A DNA stretch of 64,000 nt from Strigamia acuminata (taxonomy: Eukaryota), in NCBI GenBank assembly GCA_949358305.1, contig OX442314.1:4960001-5024000 (forward strand). The letters run 5' to 3'. Positions 24,830 through 37,985 of the stretch are shown in pieces (positions within the stretch are counted from its first letter, which is position 1; each line of letters begins with the position of its first letter). Both the position numbers and the translations under genes were made by a program. The notes beneath the pieces are model-generated. The model was given only the letters and a program-made list of their open reading frames with translations, was not told the origin of the DNA and did no database searches.

Positions 24830-27800
24830 TTAAAAGTGCTGCGTCAAAATACCAGTGACCAAATCCAATATGGAAGCGATTTTCATTATCCGGCATTCGA
24901 CCGAAGACATTTTGGCCGCGTGTGTCGTGCATGAGAATACATTTTCAAATTTGCTGAATTTAGAAAATCGAAAATAATTATAAAATTAAAAAAAAAATTA
25001 TTATTTGTTACTTTGAGTTTATGTTGCATGGATCGGTGGTTGATAGTTGCGATAAAAGCGTCTCGGCCGCCATGATTTGATCGTTGAGTGCTCGTAAGTG
25101 AAATGGACTGAAATGAATTGTAAAATATTTTTTAGAAAACTTAAAAATTTAATTTTAATTTAAAAAAAAAATCAATTACTTTTTCAATGTGATTGATTTT
25201 ACGTTTGATTGGAAATCAATTGCTTTTCGCGAGAAATTTCTGTACGAGAAAATTAAATCCTGGATTAAATTTTTGTTTGCGGTTGCCATTTTTTGACTCT
25301 GTTTGACGGTTTCGTTGAAAACCGAAGCGTAGTCGCTCATGTCGAATGGCAGAACCACAGAATTGGTTAGAAGTGATGCAAGTTCGATAACCAAATGGAT
25401 TTCATTGATTAAAAACTAGAAAAAAAATATTATAAATTTAATTTTTCGAATTTTTGTTAGATGCTTTTTAGAATTTTTTAATTTTTAAAAATTTATTTTT
25501 AGATTTGTTTTTAGATTTTTTTTTTTTTACATTTTTTAGAATTTTTTAGAATTTTTTAGAATTTTTTAGAATTTATTTAGAATTTTTTACTTGGTGATTT
25601 TTCTTCAATTCCGAATCGGTTATTTTCGAACGAATATCAACGACCGGTACGCCGATACTTAGAAAACGTTTCGAACCTTCTGAAAAACTGATCAAAATAT
25701 TGTACAAAGAAAAAATAGTTACAAATTTATCAAGACATTCACTTTGACGTTTGATAACTCTCGGTATCGTTCTGGTGGTAGTCGGTTAATGCGTGCGCGT
25801 GTTTAAAATCAAAACGTGAAACCTAAAAAATCAAAAAATAACTTATTAATTAATTAATTAAATAATTAGTTTATTTATTTATTCTACTTTTTCTGCGGAT
25901 TTGTTAAAGAATTTGAGGAGACTCGGAACCGTCCATGTTTGGATCGACGAATCCCCAGCAATGATTGCATCTACGTTGATGTACGCTACCATATTTTCCC
26001 GTCGCCACTCTGAATTTTTCTGAAAAAAACGTGTAATTCATTGATTAATCAGGGCGGGACAAAGCTGTGGAAACTGTAAATAACAAAATAACTATTTTTG
26101 TGTCTAAACATACATTTCTGCACACAAAAAGTTCATTCCTGCATACAAAAATGCATTTTTGCATGAAAAATGTATTTTTGCACACAAAAAATGCAATTTT
26201 GCACTAATAAATGCATTTTTGCACTAAAAAAGGCATTTTTTGCACTAAAGAAATGCATTTTTGCACTAAAAAATGCATTTTTTTTCATAATAGTTCATTT
26301 TTGCAGGTGATTAAGTAGATTTTGCACGTAAAAAAATGCACTTTTGCATTAAAAATTACACTATGCACAAAAAATGTGCATTTTGCACGTCAATAAAATG
26401 TGCATTTTGCATCTACTACTGCAAAAAGTGCATCTTTGCTCATAGAAATGCATTTAATTTAATAAAATTGTATACTTGGAGCCATTTGGTGATTCCCAAC
26501 GGGTAGCCGTGAACCGAATCCCAGACACAGAAGAGCATCGTTCGGCGCGCTTGCAATTTATGGCTGCGATGCAAACTGCCGAATACTCGCGCCAACTCCA
26601 GCAGCAAAGCCGAGCTGAGGGATGACGAGCCTTCTGCGTGGCCCCTCTCGCTTCCGATCAGCACGAACCGATCTAGAGAGATCAATCCAAAGAAAATCAA
26701 TTTAATTGTTTCATATTTCGAGTTGCAAATTCAAACCTGGTTCGACTTCTCCTTTAATCACTCCGACGACGTTTCTCGTCTTGTGGTACTTTTTTTGATT
26801 GTGTACGGAAATGGATAAATATTCCCTACGAGCGTTTGAATAAGAAATTATTATTTTTTTTAAATTGATTTTATAGGAAATAATTCAATTTTGAGCGAAA
26901 TAACTCGATTTTTGATCGAAATAACTCGATTTTTGATCGAAATATCTTGATTTTGAGCGAAATATCTCGATTTTGAGCGAAATAACTCGATTTTTGATCG
27001 AAATATCTCGATTTTTGATCGAAATATCTCGATTTTTGATCGAAATATCTCGATTTTTGATCGAAATATCTCAATTTTGAGCAAAATATCTCGATTTTGA
27101 GCGAAATATCTCGATTTTGAGCGAAATATCTCGATTTTGAGTGGAATATCTTAATTTTGAAAGAAATATCTCGATTTTGAGCGAAATAATTCCATTTTGA
27201 GCTAAATAATTCTATTTTGAGCGAAATAATTCCATTTTGAGCGAAATAATTCGTTTTTGAGCGAAATCATTCAATTTTGAGCGAAATGACTCTATTTTTG
27301 ATCGAAATAACTCGATTTTTGATCGAAATATCTCGATTTTGAGTGAAATAATTCGATTTTACTCGTTTAAACTCGAATCCATTTTGATTTTAACGTCTTT
27401 TGTGAATTGCCAATCGTCCGGCGCATCCTTTCCTTTCATTTTACTGCAAAAATAAAAAGAAACAATTTTAAAAAAATATTTTAACTTAAAAAAAATAACT
27501 TTTTTCACTTTAATAGCACTTTCGCGTCGTCCAACCCGATGAATTGGATGGGAATATTCGCTGGAAACAAATCGAGCGGATCTTCACATCAAAAAAGAAG
27601 AAAACCAAAAACAAATACGTTAAAAAATGAGCAATTTTTTAAATTTTTCTCTTTTTACCATCGAAATCCAAATCGTACGAACTTTGCAGGGAAAATAAGA
27701 CCAAACCCAGCGCCCCCTGGATGGTGGCGACGTGCACAACTCGCCACAGAGGAACCGAACTCGTTCGGACGACAAATATTTTGTTTCTGAGCTCAATAGA

Positions 27801-28584
27801 ACGTGATATCAGATGCTCGTAGTCTTGTGGACGGCCCAAATTGGCAAAAATAAATTCGGCCTGTGGAATAAATGCATAAATGTCTGTTTTTTCGAAAATT
27901 TGCATTTTTATTTACGTCGCCGATTTCTTTGGTGGTGTCGATCGACAGATTACAAAACCTCAAATGGTTCGTGCAGTTTGCTTGGAATGATTTGTCTTCT
28001 TTACTCCTTAATATCACCCAATTAGACAACTTCTCATCAGGTTCGATCAAACCCACAACATCTTGACCAACTATCACATTATCAAGTCCCATATCCTCCA
28101 TATTGCGCCCTATGACGTCACCAGTCGCATTAATCCTTAAAAAAATAAACAAACTCGATAAAAAATTACCAAAAACCAAGAAAACACACAAATCTCACTT
28201 GAAAAACTCATTTAACTGTTCAAAATCAACATTTTGCATCAATTTCGCCACAACTTTGTTGTTTTCCTGCTCATTCACGAACGGACAACCCGCGACGGCG
28301 GGATAGAAAAAGAGGAAGAGTAAATAGGCGAGAACGAATCCTACGCAGAGTGCGATGGCGCTGAAAAATAGTGCGGACTGGACACACTGTTGTCTCGAGA
28401 TGGCTTGTGGCCAGAGCCTCATTTGCATGAGGACACTCTCGAGGGGGTCCCTGGAGAACTCTTCCACCTCCTGGTCCGACCAGTCGTAGTCCGGTTCGAG
28501 CGCGGCATTCGTGTGGTGGTTGCGCCGTTCGTGGAGGTTCATCAAAGGCACGGAGGACATTCGGTCCGCATGACTAGTACTCAT
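24830..28584 (-). CDS. Type II membrane M28B family protein (glutamate carboxypeptidase II / NAALADase-like), probably catalytically inactive; about 670 aa, 13 exons
   Basis: Exons (minus): 28584-28199, 28135-27916, 27860-27659, 27581-27509 (alternative in-frame acceptor at 27560), 27443-27363, 26825-26737, 26672-26476, 26019-25888, 25822-25743, 25687-25591, 25415-25180, 25107-25012, 24953-24830; 2013 nt open frame. N-terminal TM helix, PA-domain motif AEFIFANLGRPQDY, NVVGVIKGEVEPDRFVLIG, RRTMLFCVWD, VAYINVD, SVVLPFD, and dimerisation-domain LRALNDQIM. Confidence 0.85.
26880..27360. repeat. 20-21-bp intronic minisatellite in the M28 gene
   Basis: GATCGAAATATCTCGATTTTT tandem copies; another array of about 21 bp at 26110-26430. 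Confidence 0.9.
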
Positions 28585-29725
28585 GTTGGGTGGTGTGTTG
28601 CGGGTTGTTATCGGGGCGCATTAGGAGTGGATGTGGTGGTCGCGTGGATATGGGGAGTGTGGCAGTCGGCTGCCATTTGTGATTGCTCGGTGGCGGTGTC
28701 TGGTGATGGGTTGGTGAAGCTGAAGGCGCGGAATTTGATTTTGGAAGTGTGTGGTGGATTTGTACTGGTTTTAATAGATTTGTAATGGATTTCTAGTGAA
28801 TTTCTATAGCATTTGATGGATTTCTTGTTTATTACTTTGTCTTTCAAATGTACAATGTTAGCATTTGATTGTGAATAGAGGGAAATAAGGAAAAGGTGGA
28901 ACTTCTTTGGGCCAATAAAGGAGGTGGAACAGACCAAGAAATTGGCATTGTGCAAGAATACATTGAGATTAGAATTGTATGGGAATTTAAGTTATATCCG
29001 ACTGTAACTACAAAAATTAATTTTAAAAAAATTGGTAGGTATTTGAAAATTTAAGTACCGTAACACACAAGTAATACAGTAATAATAGTAATAGTATATA
29101 GCTAATAGCTAATAGCTAATAGATCTAGTGATAGACTTAAAGTATTGACATTTATTTGTGAATCGAAGAAAGGGAGCAAAATGGCTCAAGCTAATAAATT
29201 ATTATTGTGTTTTATCCAGGAATAAATTGCTCGTGATTTTTTTTTTTAGAATAGCATGAATTAGGTTGCATCACTCTATTTGATTTTGAGTCAAATTTCA
29301 GTAATTCCTATCAAATATTTATGTGCAAATGGACAATATTTAGAAAATTTAGGTAAATTTGTGAGGTAATTCTTTGTTTTTTTTTTGGATGTTGAAACCT
29401 AAACGAATGATATCATTTTTGGTGATATTGAAAAATTAGTTTTTCCATTTTTCTTGCCACACTCAATATTGACAAACCTAGCGATAAACTTAAAATATTT
29501 CCGATGTCGCATATGAACGAGATAATGTCATATTCAAGTCGGTCAATAAAAATTTAAATTTTGTTTGTTTCAAAAAAATGTCTTATCATAATGGTCCAAC
29601 GATTAATCTGACGTGTTGGTTGTGCCAAGCTAGAGTACTTAGATTCTTTGCAGGGAATGTGACAATGACATTCATCTTTAACATTTGTGTCAAGAAAAGT
29701 CTTTTTGTAGATAGAATCAGTCTTT

Positions 29726-31305
29726 TTAGTCGATTGAGAAGTGTTGTAAATGGGATATTGCAGTTGGTCTATGTACGGTAATCTGGGGAAACAAAAATTT
29801 TGTTAGCAAGGGATCGATTTTTAAGAGATCCTCAATCCCCAACAAGTCGCACCCATCAATTACCAAACTTGTGAGTTTCTGGACTGGACTGGCAAATCTG
29901 AATAGTAAAGCCCGCAACAAACGAGAAAAAAGATTCAGAGCTACACGGGCCACTGACGAATTACTGGATTCCCGCGGGGCCATCCACTTGGCCAATTTGT
30001 GCGCAATTTTGTTACTAAAGCTGGAGCAACGGATCAGACCGAGTTCCTCCAAGTTGGGGCACATGGCCAACACCTCAAACAAATAACCAAAGGTGACCCA
30101 TCGATCGTTGGGATCGCACAGGATAAATTCTTCCAATTTATCAAACTGCAAACCGCGCAAACTAACTCGATCAAACCTATCATTTTTTTCCGCTATTTTC
30201 AAGATCGAGTCATGACGCATGTCAACAGTCAAAATCTCCAACAGCTTGAATTTCGTCAACTCTGCAGTATTTTAAGGGTGAAAATATTTGGAGTGATGTG
30301 GATTACGCTAACTTTCGGACAAGTGAGCGCGCCTATTTCCAGCAGATCACTCTTTATTAGCGACGCCCATTTTAGCGAATTTTAATTTTTAAGCCCATTT
30401 GAGCAATCTCATTTTAGCGAAAATGAGATTACAGCACCGCAGCGTAGGACACATTTTAGCGAAGCCCGGTTTAGCGAATGATACATTTTAGCGAAAATGA
30501 CGAGCCATCGGGGTCGGGAGTCCCACGTTGGCTGACCACTCTGATCCGGTTGCTTACGGCCGTCACCTTCTCCTCAATTTGTTTGATTGTTGATTGTTGT
30601 TTCGTTGTTCACGATCCGACGTTTCGCTCGTGAGATGTTTGCGTATTTCATCAAAGACTACCAATTCTTGTGGTACCATCCGGCATTACTTGGGATGGTG
30701 ACGTTCATGTTTACGAGATTTTGCGAGATTATGCTAGATTTTGCTAGATTGTGCGAGATTTTGCTAGATTGTGCGAGATTTTGCTAGATATTTTGTGATT
30801 TTGCTAGATATTTTGTGATTTTGCTAGATATTTTGTGATTTTGCAAGAATTTCCTAGATTTTGCGAGATTGTGCATGATTTTGCTAGATATTGCGGAAAT
30901 TTGTAAGATTTGCTTGTCTCATTTTAGCTCCGCCTCATTTTAGCGATCACGCCATTTTAGCGAATTTTTGGTCGCTAAAATGAGGCATTCGCTAAAATGA
31001 ATCGTCGCTAAAATAAATTCGCTAAAGTGAAATCGCTAAAACAAGGTGCATTCATTTCCAGCTCTTCGTCAATGTTGTCATGAGGGTATATCAACCTCAG
31101 CATTAGCAAATTATATTGCTGCGGTGGCGAGCCGATCAGCAGCAATGCTTTGAGCTATCTAGAATGACGTTTAGTGTTCAAGGTTCTCATCAATTTCATC
31201 CTGTTCAATATCAAGCGTTAGCAGTCCAATGAATATTCATTGCTCAACTCAAAATATTTTAGCGTTTTGCTCAGGGTGGAGTCTTGTGCGCATGTTTTGT
31301 TTACA
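29726..31305 (-). pseudogene. Decayed leucine-rich-repeat-like gene, copy B (3' part only)
   Basis: Clear paralogue of 33825-34500 (CAQDSTLSKTL vs CSQDSTLCKTL; FDRVSLRGLQF vs FDRVCLRGLRF; MCPNLEELGLIRCS vs MCPNLTRLSLYRCS). In-frame stop at 31218-31220, split by the 30344-31053 insertion, and 5' part replaced by the satellite starting at about 31305. Confidence 0.7.
30344..31053. mobile_element. MULE/Foldback-like non-autonomous element inside LRR pseudogene B
   Basis: Perfect 9-bp TSD ATTTCCAGC (30335-30343, 31054-31062); removing it restores colinearity with paralogue A; inverted subterminal TTTTAGCGA / TCGCTAAAA repeats; central 10/20-bp minisatellite at 30715-30910. Confidence 0.85.
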
Positions 31306-32495
31306 TTCAAACAATCCCCAAACAATCCCCAAACGACTTCCAAACAACTCCCAAACGACCCCCAAACAACCCCCAAACGAACTTCAAACAACTCCCAAAT
31401 GACCTTCAAACAACCCCCAAATGATCTTCAAGCGACCCCCAAACAATCCCAAACAACCTTTAAACAACCTTCAAACGACTCTAGAATGATCTCCAAGCAA
31501 TTCCCCAATGACCTTCAAACAACCTCCAAACGACCCCTAAACAACCTTCAAACAACCTCCAAACAACCTTCAAACGACTTTCAAACGACCCTCAAACAAC
31601 CTTCAAACGACTCCCAAACAACCTCCAACAACCTTCAAACAATCTTCAAATGACTTCCAAATGACCTTCAAACGACCCCCAAACAACCTTTAAACGACCA
31701 TCAAACAATCTCTAAACGACCTTCAAACAACCCCCAAATGACCTTTAAACAACCTTCAAATGACCCCCAAATTATCTTTAAGCGACCCCAAAACAATCTT
31801 AAAAGAACCCCCAAACGACCTCTAAATGACCTCCAAATGACCCCTACTACCTTCAAACGACCCCCAAATGACCTTCAAATGACCTTCAAACATTCCCAAA
31901 TGACCTCTAAACGACCTTTAAACTACCCCTAAACAACCCTTAAACAACCTTCAAACGACCCCCAAATGACCTTCAAATGACCTTCAAATCATCCTTAAAC
32001 GACCTCCAAACGATCCTTAAATGACTTTCAAACGACTCCCAAATGACCTTCAAACGACCTTTAAACGACCCCCAAATTATCTCCAAGCGACCCCCAAATA
32101 ACACAAACAACCTTCAAATGACCTTCAAACAACCCTTAAATGATCTCTAAGTAACAAATGACCTTCAAACGACCCCTAAATGATCTCTCAGTAACAAATG
32201 ACTCCCAAATGACCCTCAAACAACCTCCAAACGATCCCCAAACGACCTTCAAACGATCCCTAAACGATCCCCAAACGATCCCTAAATGATCCCCAAACGA
32301 TTTCCAAATGGCTCCCAAATAACCCTCAAATGACCCCTAAACTATCTTCAAACGCATTCGGAGAGCATTCGGGAAGCTTTCGGGGAGCATTCAGGGAGCA
32401 TTCGGGGAGCATTTGGGGAGCATTCGGGGAGCATTCAGAGAGCATTCGAGGAGCTTTCAAGGAGCTTTCGGAGGCATTCGGGGAGCATTCGGGGT
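31305..32495. repeat. About 11-bp CCTTCAAACGA/CCCCAAATGA array, then an 11-bp GGAGCATTCGG array
   Basis: Tandem copies joining LRR pseudogene B to the Gypsy remnant. Confidence 0.9.
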
Positions 32496-32519
32496 TTGGA
32501 GTTTCTCCATGCGCACGGT

Positions 32520-33725
32520 GTAGAAGGTCAATTTCCTCGGAGCGGACGCGGGCGTGCGGTGCGCGGACGTCGACGATTTGGACGAGCGGCAAACGGGCTT
32601 GATATGACCCTCGATGCCACAGCCGTGACATTTGGCTGTGCGAAAACGGCCATCGTCCTGACGAGTGCCGGATTGGCCACAATGCTTGCACGTCTTTTGA
32701 TCGTGTTGTGAATTCGGACGATCGGACTGCTGTTGGGAAGACTGAGTGGTGCCCCTCTAGGAGTGTTTGCCACTTTTATGCGAGTTCCCGTTGAAACGTG
32801 ACGAGTTTGCTCCTTTCTGCAGCTGGTGAACCGATTGTTGCGCATCGACGAAGCTGGACACGTCCGCTCCGGCGATCTCGGCAGAGGTTGCTGCCTCGAG
32901 AGCCAATGCAAAAGTGAGATCTTTTTGCATGTAGAGCGTCTCCTGGACTTGGCGCATGTTGAGACCAATCACAAACTGATTTCGCATCTCTTCGTCTTGC
33001 ACGTCGCCAAAATCGCAATATTTGGTCAGCGAATGCAAGGCAGATGCAAAATCACTCACAGATTCGCCCTTATTGCGTTTACGATACGAGCACAAAAGCA
33101 CACAATTTCGCCCTGTTAAACTGGCTTTGGTTTTTGATTTTTAACCATTAAGTCGGTGAGTTGTTTGAAAGTCAATTCCGTCGGTTTCTTCGGACGAGCG
33201 AGATCCATGAATTTGGCGAATGTAGCCATACCCACGCAGGCCAAAAGTGTATTCCCTTTGTCTGCGTCCGCGACGATTTTGTTGCACGAGAAAACACATT
33301 CCATTTTGCAGGATATATGTCTCCCAATCATCTTGCGGGTTATATTTTTCGGGAGCTGCAACCAAAGGCATTTTTGAACGGTAAAATTGATGAATTCACA
33401 GAAAAACTCACGGGCGAAAATTCGGGCCTAACGGTCAACGCGTGGTCACGAGCGTACGGTCAACAGCGAAAATCTCATCAAAACTTGACAAAAAGACACA
33501 AAAGTTCATAAAAGTTGATGGATTCAATTTGTACTCATCTCTCGTCGCCAATAATGTGTAATAAGCTGGATGCAAGCGATAAAGTTGGGTTTAGGTGAAG
33601 ATCGATTAAAAAGCAGCCATGTCTTATTGGAAAATTAACATAAGTGAATTTATTTACAAAATACATCATCTTCAAGTACATCATCTTCAAATACATCATC
33701 TTCAAATACATCATCTTCAAATACA
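32520..33725 (-). mobile_element. Ty3/Gypsy retrotransposon remnant: 5' LTR, PBS and degenerate gag
   Basis: gag from ATG 33371 with frameshifts and a stop (DDWETY; LLACVG; KKPTELTFKQL; GESVSDFASALHSLTKYCDFG; MRNQFVIGL) and a CCHC knuckle (CHGCGIEGHIKPVC). PBS TGGCGACGAG at 33550-33541, complementary to the CTCGTCGCCA 3' end of tRNA-Ser(GCT). Probable short LTR about 33555-33725 with an internal 15-bp repeat. No pol or 3' LTR seen. Confidence 0.85.
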
Positions 33726-35774
33726 TCATCGTGCAGGTCTAGAAATTCTAATTCCAGCTTCACTCCGTGTTCTTCAGCCATTAGCTGCATAGCACCAACG
33801 TCAAAATATTGCCGTTTCATCTCATCAATTTGTAAAATCACTTCCAACTCCTCCAAAGAATCGATTTTTAACAAATCTTCGTCGAACGCTCTTCTTCGCC
33901 ATCACGTCGGCCAACTCACGCGCAATTTTATTACTGAAACCGGAGCAACGGTACAGACTGAGTCTCGTCAGGTTGGGACACATGTCCAACACCTCGCTCA
34001 AATAACCCGAGCTAACCCAACAATCGTTGGGATCGAATAGGGTAAAGTCCGTCAAGTTCTCAAAGCGCAAACCGCGCAAACAAACCCGATCGAACGTATC
34101 GTTTTCCTGCGCTATTTTCAAGTCCGAGTCATTACGCAAGTCGACAGTCAACATGCTCAACTGCTTGAATTCCGTCAAACTTTGCAGCATTTTAAGGCTG
34201 AAAATACTCGGAGTGATGTGCATTATGCTAACTTTAGGACACGTGAGCGCGGCTATTTCCAGTTCGTCCTCAATGTCGTCGTGAGGGTGCGCCAAACTCA
34301 GCAGTATCAAATTGTATTGCTGCGGTGGCGCGCCGATCGGCTGCAGCGCTTTGAGCCACTTGGAATGAGGGTAAGTCGTCAAAAGTGTCATCATTTTCAT
34401 CGTGTTTAATAACAAGTGGTAGCAGTCCATTGAAAGTTAGTTGCTAAACGCGACCATTTCCAAGGTTTTGCAGAGTGTGGAATCTTGTGAGCAAAGTTTC
34501 CGAACGAAATCCTCCGTTGCTCTAAAGGCCCTAAGATCGGTTAGTGGCAGCCGAGCGATGTAGGTCGCCGCGTCCTCTTCAACGATGGTGTTGAAAAGAT
34601 CGAGTACCTGGAGATGTGGCAAAGTCTGGCATATTTGTTTGGAGGTGTTGGTTGTCAGTGTATATTCGTGGGGTAGTTCTAACGCCGTCAGATTCTGCGC
34701 GAATGGATAGAATATAGTAGAATTAAAACAAATTCTTTGTAATGCTATGTTCACACTTAAACCACTTTTCTAGTCTAAGTTCTACAAATCTGAAATCAAT
34801 TGTTCACACTTAAGGATAGTTTTGTACAAGTGTCAGATTGTTAGGGGTTTGCATTGTTGCTTGTAGCTAATGATCTTTTAAAGATAGAAACTTCTACTTT
34901 TTTTTAAAAGAAAGAGGGATGCCAGTTTAGTAAACCGACATATTTTTTAAATTTTTTTTCCACATTAAAAGTTGACAATTTTGGGGTCGAAACGAAAGTG
35001 CGCGATCTATTTCCACTTTATCGAAACGAACAAAACACATTTCCGTTCGTATTTCACGAACCATTAGGGCTAGAAATACGTTCTTTTTTTTAAAAGAAAG
35101 GTCGTTTTATTCTCCATCTTTTGATGTATTGTATTAATTTTTTGATGCATTTGAAAGTAATAATTTCTTGTCTTTTCTGACTATTCCTTCCCTCTTAACA
35201 ATCATTTCAAATCCCATAACTGTGTGCGGACACTTTTCTTTGCCTACTCACCTTCAACTTGTGGCCACAAACCCTAAACAAAAAATCCAAATCCAAATTT
35301 GGACTCATTAACCTCAACTTCAGTTCTTTCTGCTCTTCGTGCACAAACAGAGCGACGTCCCACGCCTCTGGCTCGCAAACACTGACGTCCCAAAACTCCA
35401 ACTCATTCAACTTCGTCAGCATATCTGCACGAACATCGCGCGCTAAATCAAACAATTTCTCATTAATAATCCCAAAAAAAATGCACTAATCCGTGACACT
35501 CACGTTGTATATCCATGGCTGAACTGGGTGCATATTTGGTACTCGTCCATCCGAATAGGTTAGGAGGCCAAAGTAAATGAAAAAAAGAATTCACAACGCC
35601 ACGAATCACCGGGGATTTCTCGGCATCTCGCCGGGCCTGTCCAGCACCGACTTTATCGAAGTAATCCATTAATTTCACCGTGGTACTCGCTCGATCGTCC
35701 TCCATTTCTTCAACAGGCCGTTGAATAAGACTCCCGAAAATAATTTTAATGGACATATCCTTTAATGATTGCAT
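33650..35774 (-). pseudogene. Decayed leucine-rich-repeat-like gene, copy A (2 exons: 35774-35252 and 34694 to about 33726)
   Basis: ATG at 35774 (MQSLKDMSIK); intron GTGAGT..CAG 35251-34695 in phase 0; LRR-like segments (LPHLQVLDLFNT, MCPNLTRLSLYRC). Disrupted by a +1 shift in an 8-T run near 35475, an in-frame TAA at 34437-34439 (paralogue has Glu), and a deletion/frameshift near 33880. The 3' end runs into an LTR. Confidence 0.7.
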
Positions 35775-36769
35775 TTTCGATATTCAAACGTCAGATTTTG
35801 AGATTTTGGTCTTGGTCGGGCAGTTCTGAATTTCAAACAATGGTTACTGCAGCAACAGGTAAGCAAACAACTGTTGATCAACAATCAACAAAATCCAGTA
35901 AAAATCAACAACGTAAACTGAAAACAACAATTGTTACTGCAATAAAAACAGTACTGAACTGATTGATATGGCATATTAACTTTTTATTTCTGAATACAAA
36001 TAAAATGGATTTAATGCAGATTCAGCCTCTGACAACTCCTTTGGTCAGTTTTATTGAAATGACCGGTCGAAATAGCATGAATGGTACATGGAAACAACGT
36101 TTTGGCGTAAAATTGAGTTGTTTTAAATTTCGAAACACGCGAAACAAGCGAAAAAAATAGTAAAGCGAAAATTGATAGATTTTATAAAACCTGAGAAAAT
36201 TAAAACGGGAATTTTGATTTCAGACACGTCCAATTGTGGATAGATCTGTTTCCCCGATATAGATAATTAAACTATATCTAGTCATTCATAAAATACATAT
36301 ATACAGTATATTATTTTGCACCATTGGTGGCAAAACACTCTGAACATGTTATTTTTAGTTCATGACTGTACTCTGTAGCCTGGACATAGGTCAGGTCCCA
36401 GGAAGTTGTCTGGATGGAAAAGGGAATGTACAGTACATGTAACATTGCTTGTCAGGACTCTAAGCTAAATCTGTTTCTTTTCTTCAACATTTTCACTTTT
36501 TTTCCTATTTTTTTAAATCTTTTTTTGTTGTTTCTTTTAACAAATTTCATACCGTACACATAAAATGTAAGTAATGTAACACCTTGGGGAAGACGGTAGG
36601 GGAAATAATCAAATGGTGATGGTAAATATTTCTTGTAAACTAAATTTCTTTCTTATTACAGTAGAAACTCTTTATAACGAATCGCAAGGGACCGGAAAAT
36701 TGATTCGTTATAACGAGAGTTCGTTAAAACGAATTAGGTAAAAAAAATTAAATTTTATTATAAACAATA

Positions 36770-37588
36770 TGTGGTGACCCTGCGGGTGGCCGTCCCTCCA
36801 GTGGACGCCATCCGCATGAGTCACTAGGAAAGGTCAGTTCCCTCGCGTTGGCTCCGCCTTCCCCCCCTGGGAAGCGCGTGCCCCGAGGGGGTGAGGTGAT
36901 GCGTGGACAGCCCCCATTGGCCGAGCCAGGCCCCTCACCCTGGCCTATATCAGGTAGAGTTTCGCGCCCTAGAAGCAGAACTTACACAAACGACACCAAG
37001 AACACAGCAACTACCTCACCGTCAGGCCAACTTCAAATACAAGTTAGGATTGATCGAGGACCGCTGATTCCAGTGCAACTGTAACTCTCACGAATTTACA
37101 CTGCGCGTTTATTTCCCGCGAAAGCAGGAAAATAACCCTTGTGAATTCACACTAAATAATCGACCCACGATTATTTCCATTGCGAAGTGTCCGAGCGCCC
37201 TGTAAGAAACTCCACGTTTCTGGACGGAGCCTTGCGACGCTAAAACCAACCCCTAGACAACAGGCACGGATAGAAGACTCGAAAGAGCATTCCACCGCGT
37301 CCGTGAACGACGAATCCGTGACGAATTTACGACAACTCGAGACGCCGCCTTTGTTCCGCCGACCACGCGGAACCGACGACGCCATCTTGAGAAATCCTTT
37401 GTTCGACTCTGACCAAGTCGACTCTAGTCTTATACTGAGTGTATTTTAAGGCTTACGCCTATTGAATAAACCTATTTGTTCATTTACAGATACTTAGTAT
37501 TCATTTGGGTAATTTACATATTTAGTAAGATCACAGGTAAAGTATTACACGTTAGTTCTTTAAACCTATCACCAGGTAGGACGCGACA
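36770..37588 (+). mobile_element. Solo LTR (819 bp), Gypsy-type
   Basis: TGT...ACA termini; 4-bp TSD AATA (36766-36769, 37589-37592); GC-rich 5' part and AATAAA near 37465. Confidence 0.7.
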
Positions 37589-37985
37589 AATATTATTTAT
37601 TCATAGACATGCAAGTTTCATGTCAATTTTACCCCAATTCTTTAAAATTGTTAAAAATTGTTGAACGGGGCAAATTAAACTCATCTACTACAATTAGTGG
37701 CTTCTTGCCATTGTCAATGGCATTAAAAATGTTCACTTGCTCTCAATAAAAATTGCCTTTTGTTTGGCAGCCATTTTAAAACAGGAAAATTTTGATTTTC
37801 CTGTGCTTATGGGCATCGCATGTTGTGAGTGATGTGATCAGTTTTGAAAATTTGTTATAACGAGAGCTTATGGGTATTACAGTGTACCTGAAAACCTGTT
37901 TGTTATAACGAATAATTCGTTATATCGAAATTCGTTATAACGAAAATATTTAACATGGTGTTCTATGGCTGGCCAACCAAGTCAC

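Noticed and set aside
27861..27915. Apparent frameshift between ORFs 27793-28191 and 27639-27905
   Set aside because: Resolved by a 55-nt GT-AG intron (27915-27861) that restores the frame.
34437..34439. In-frame TAA as possible codon reassignment or readthrough
   Set aside because: The three conserved genes translate fully with the standard code, and this locus has other disabling lesions.
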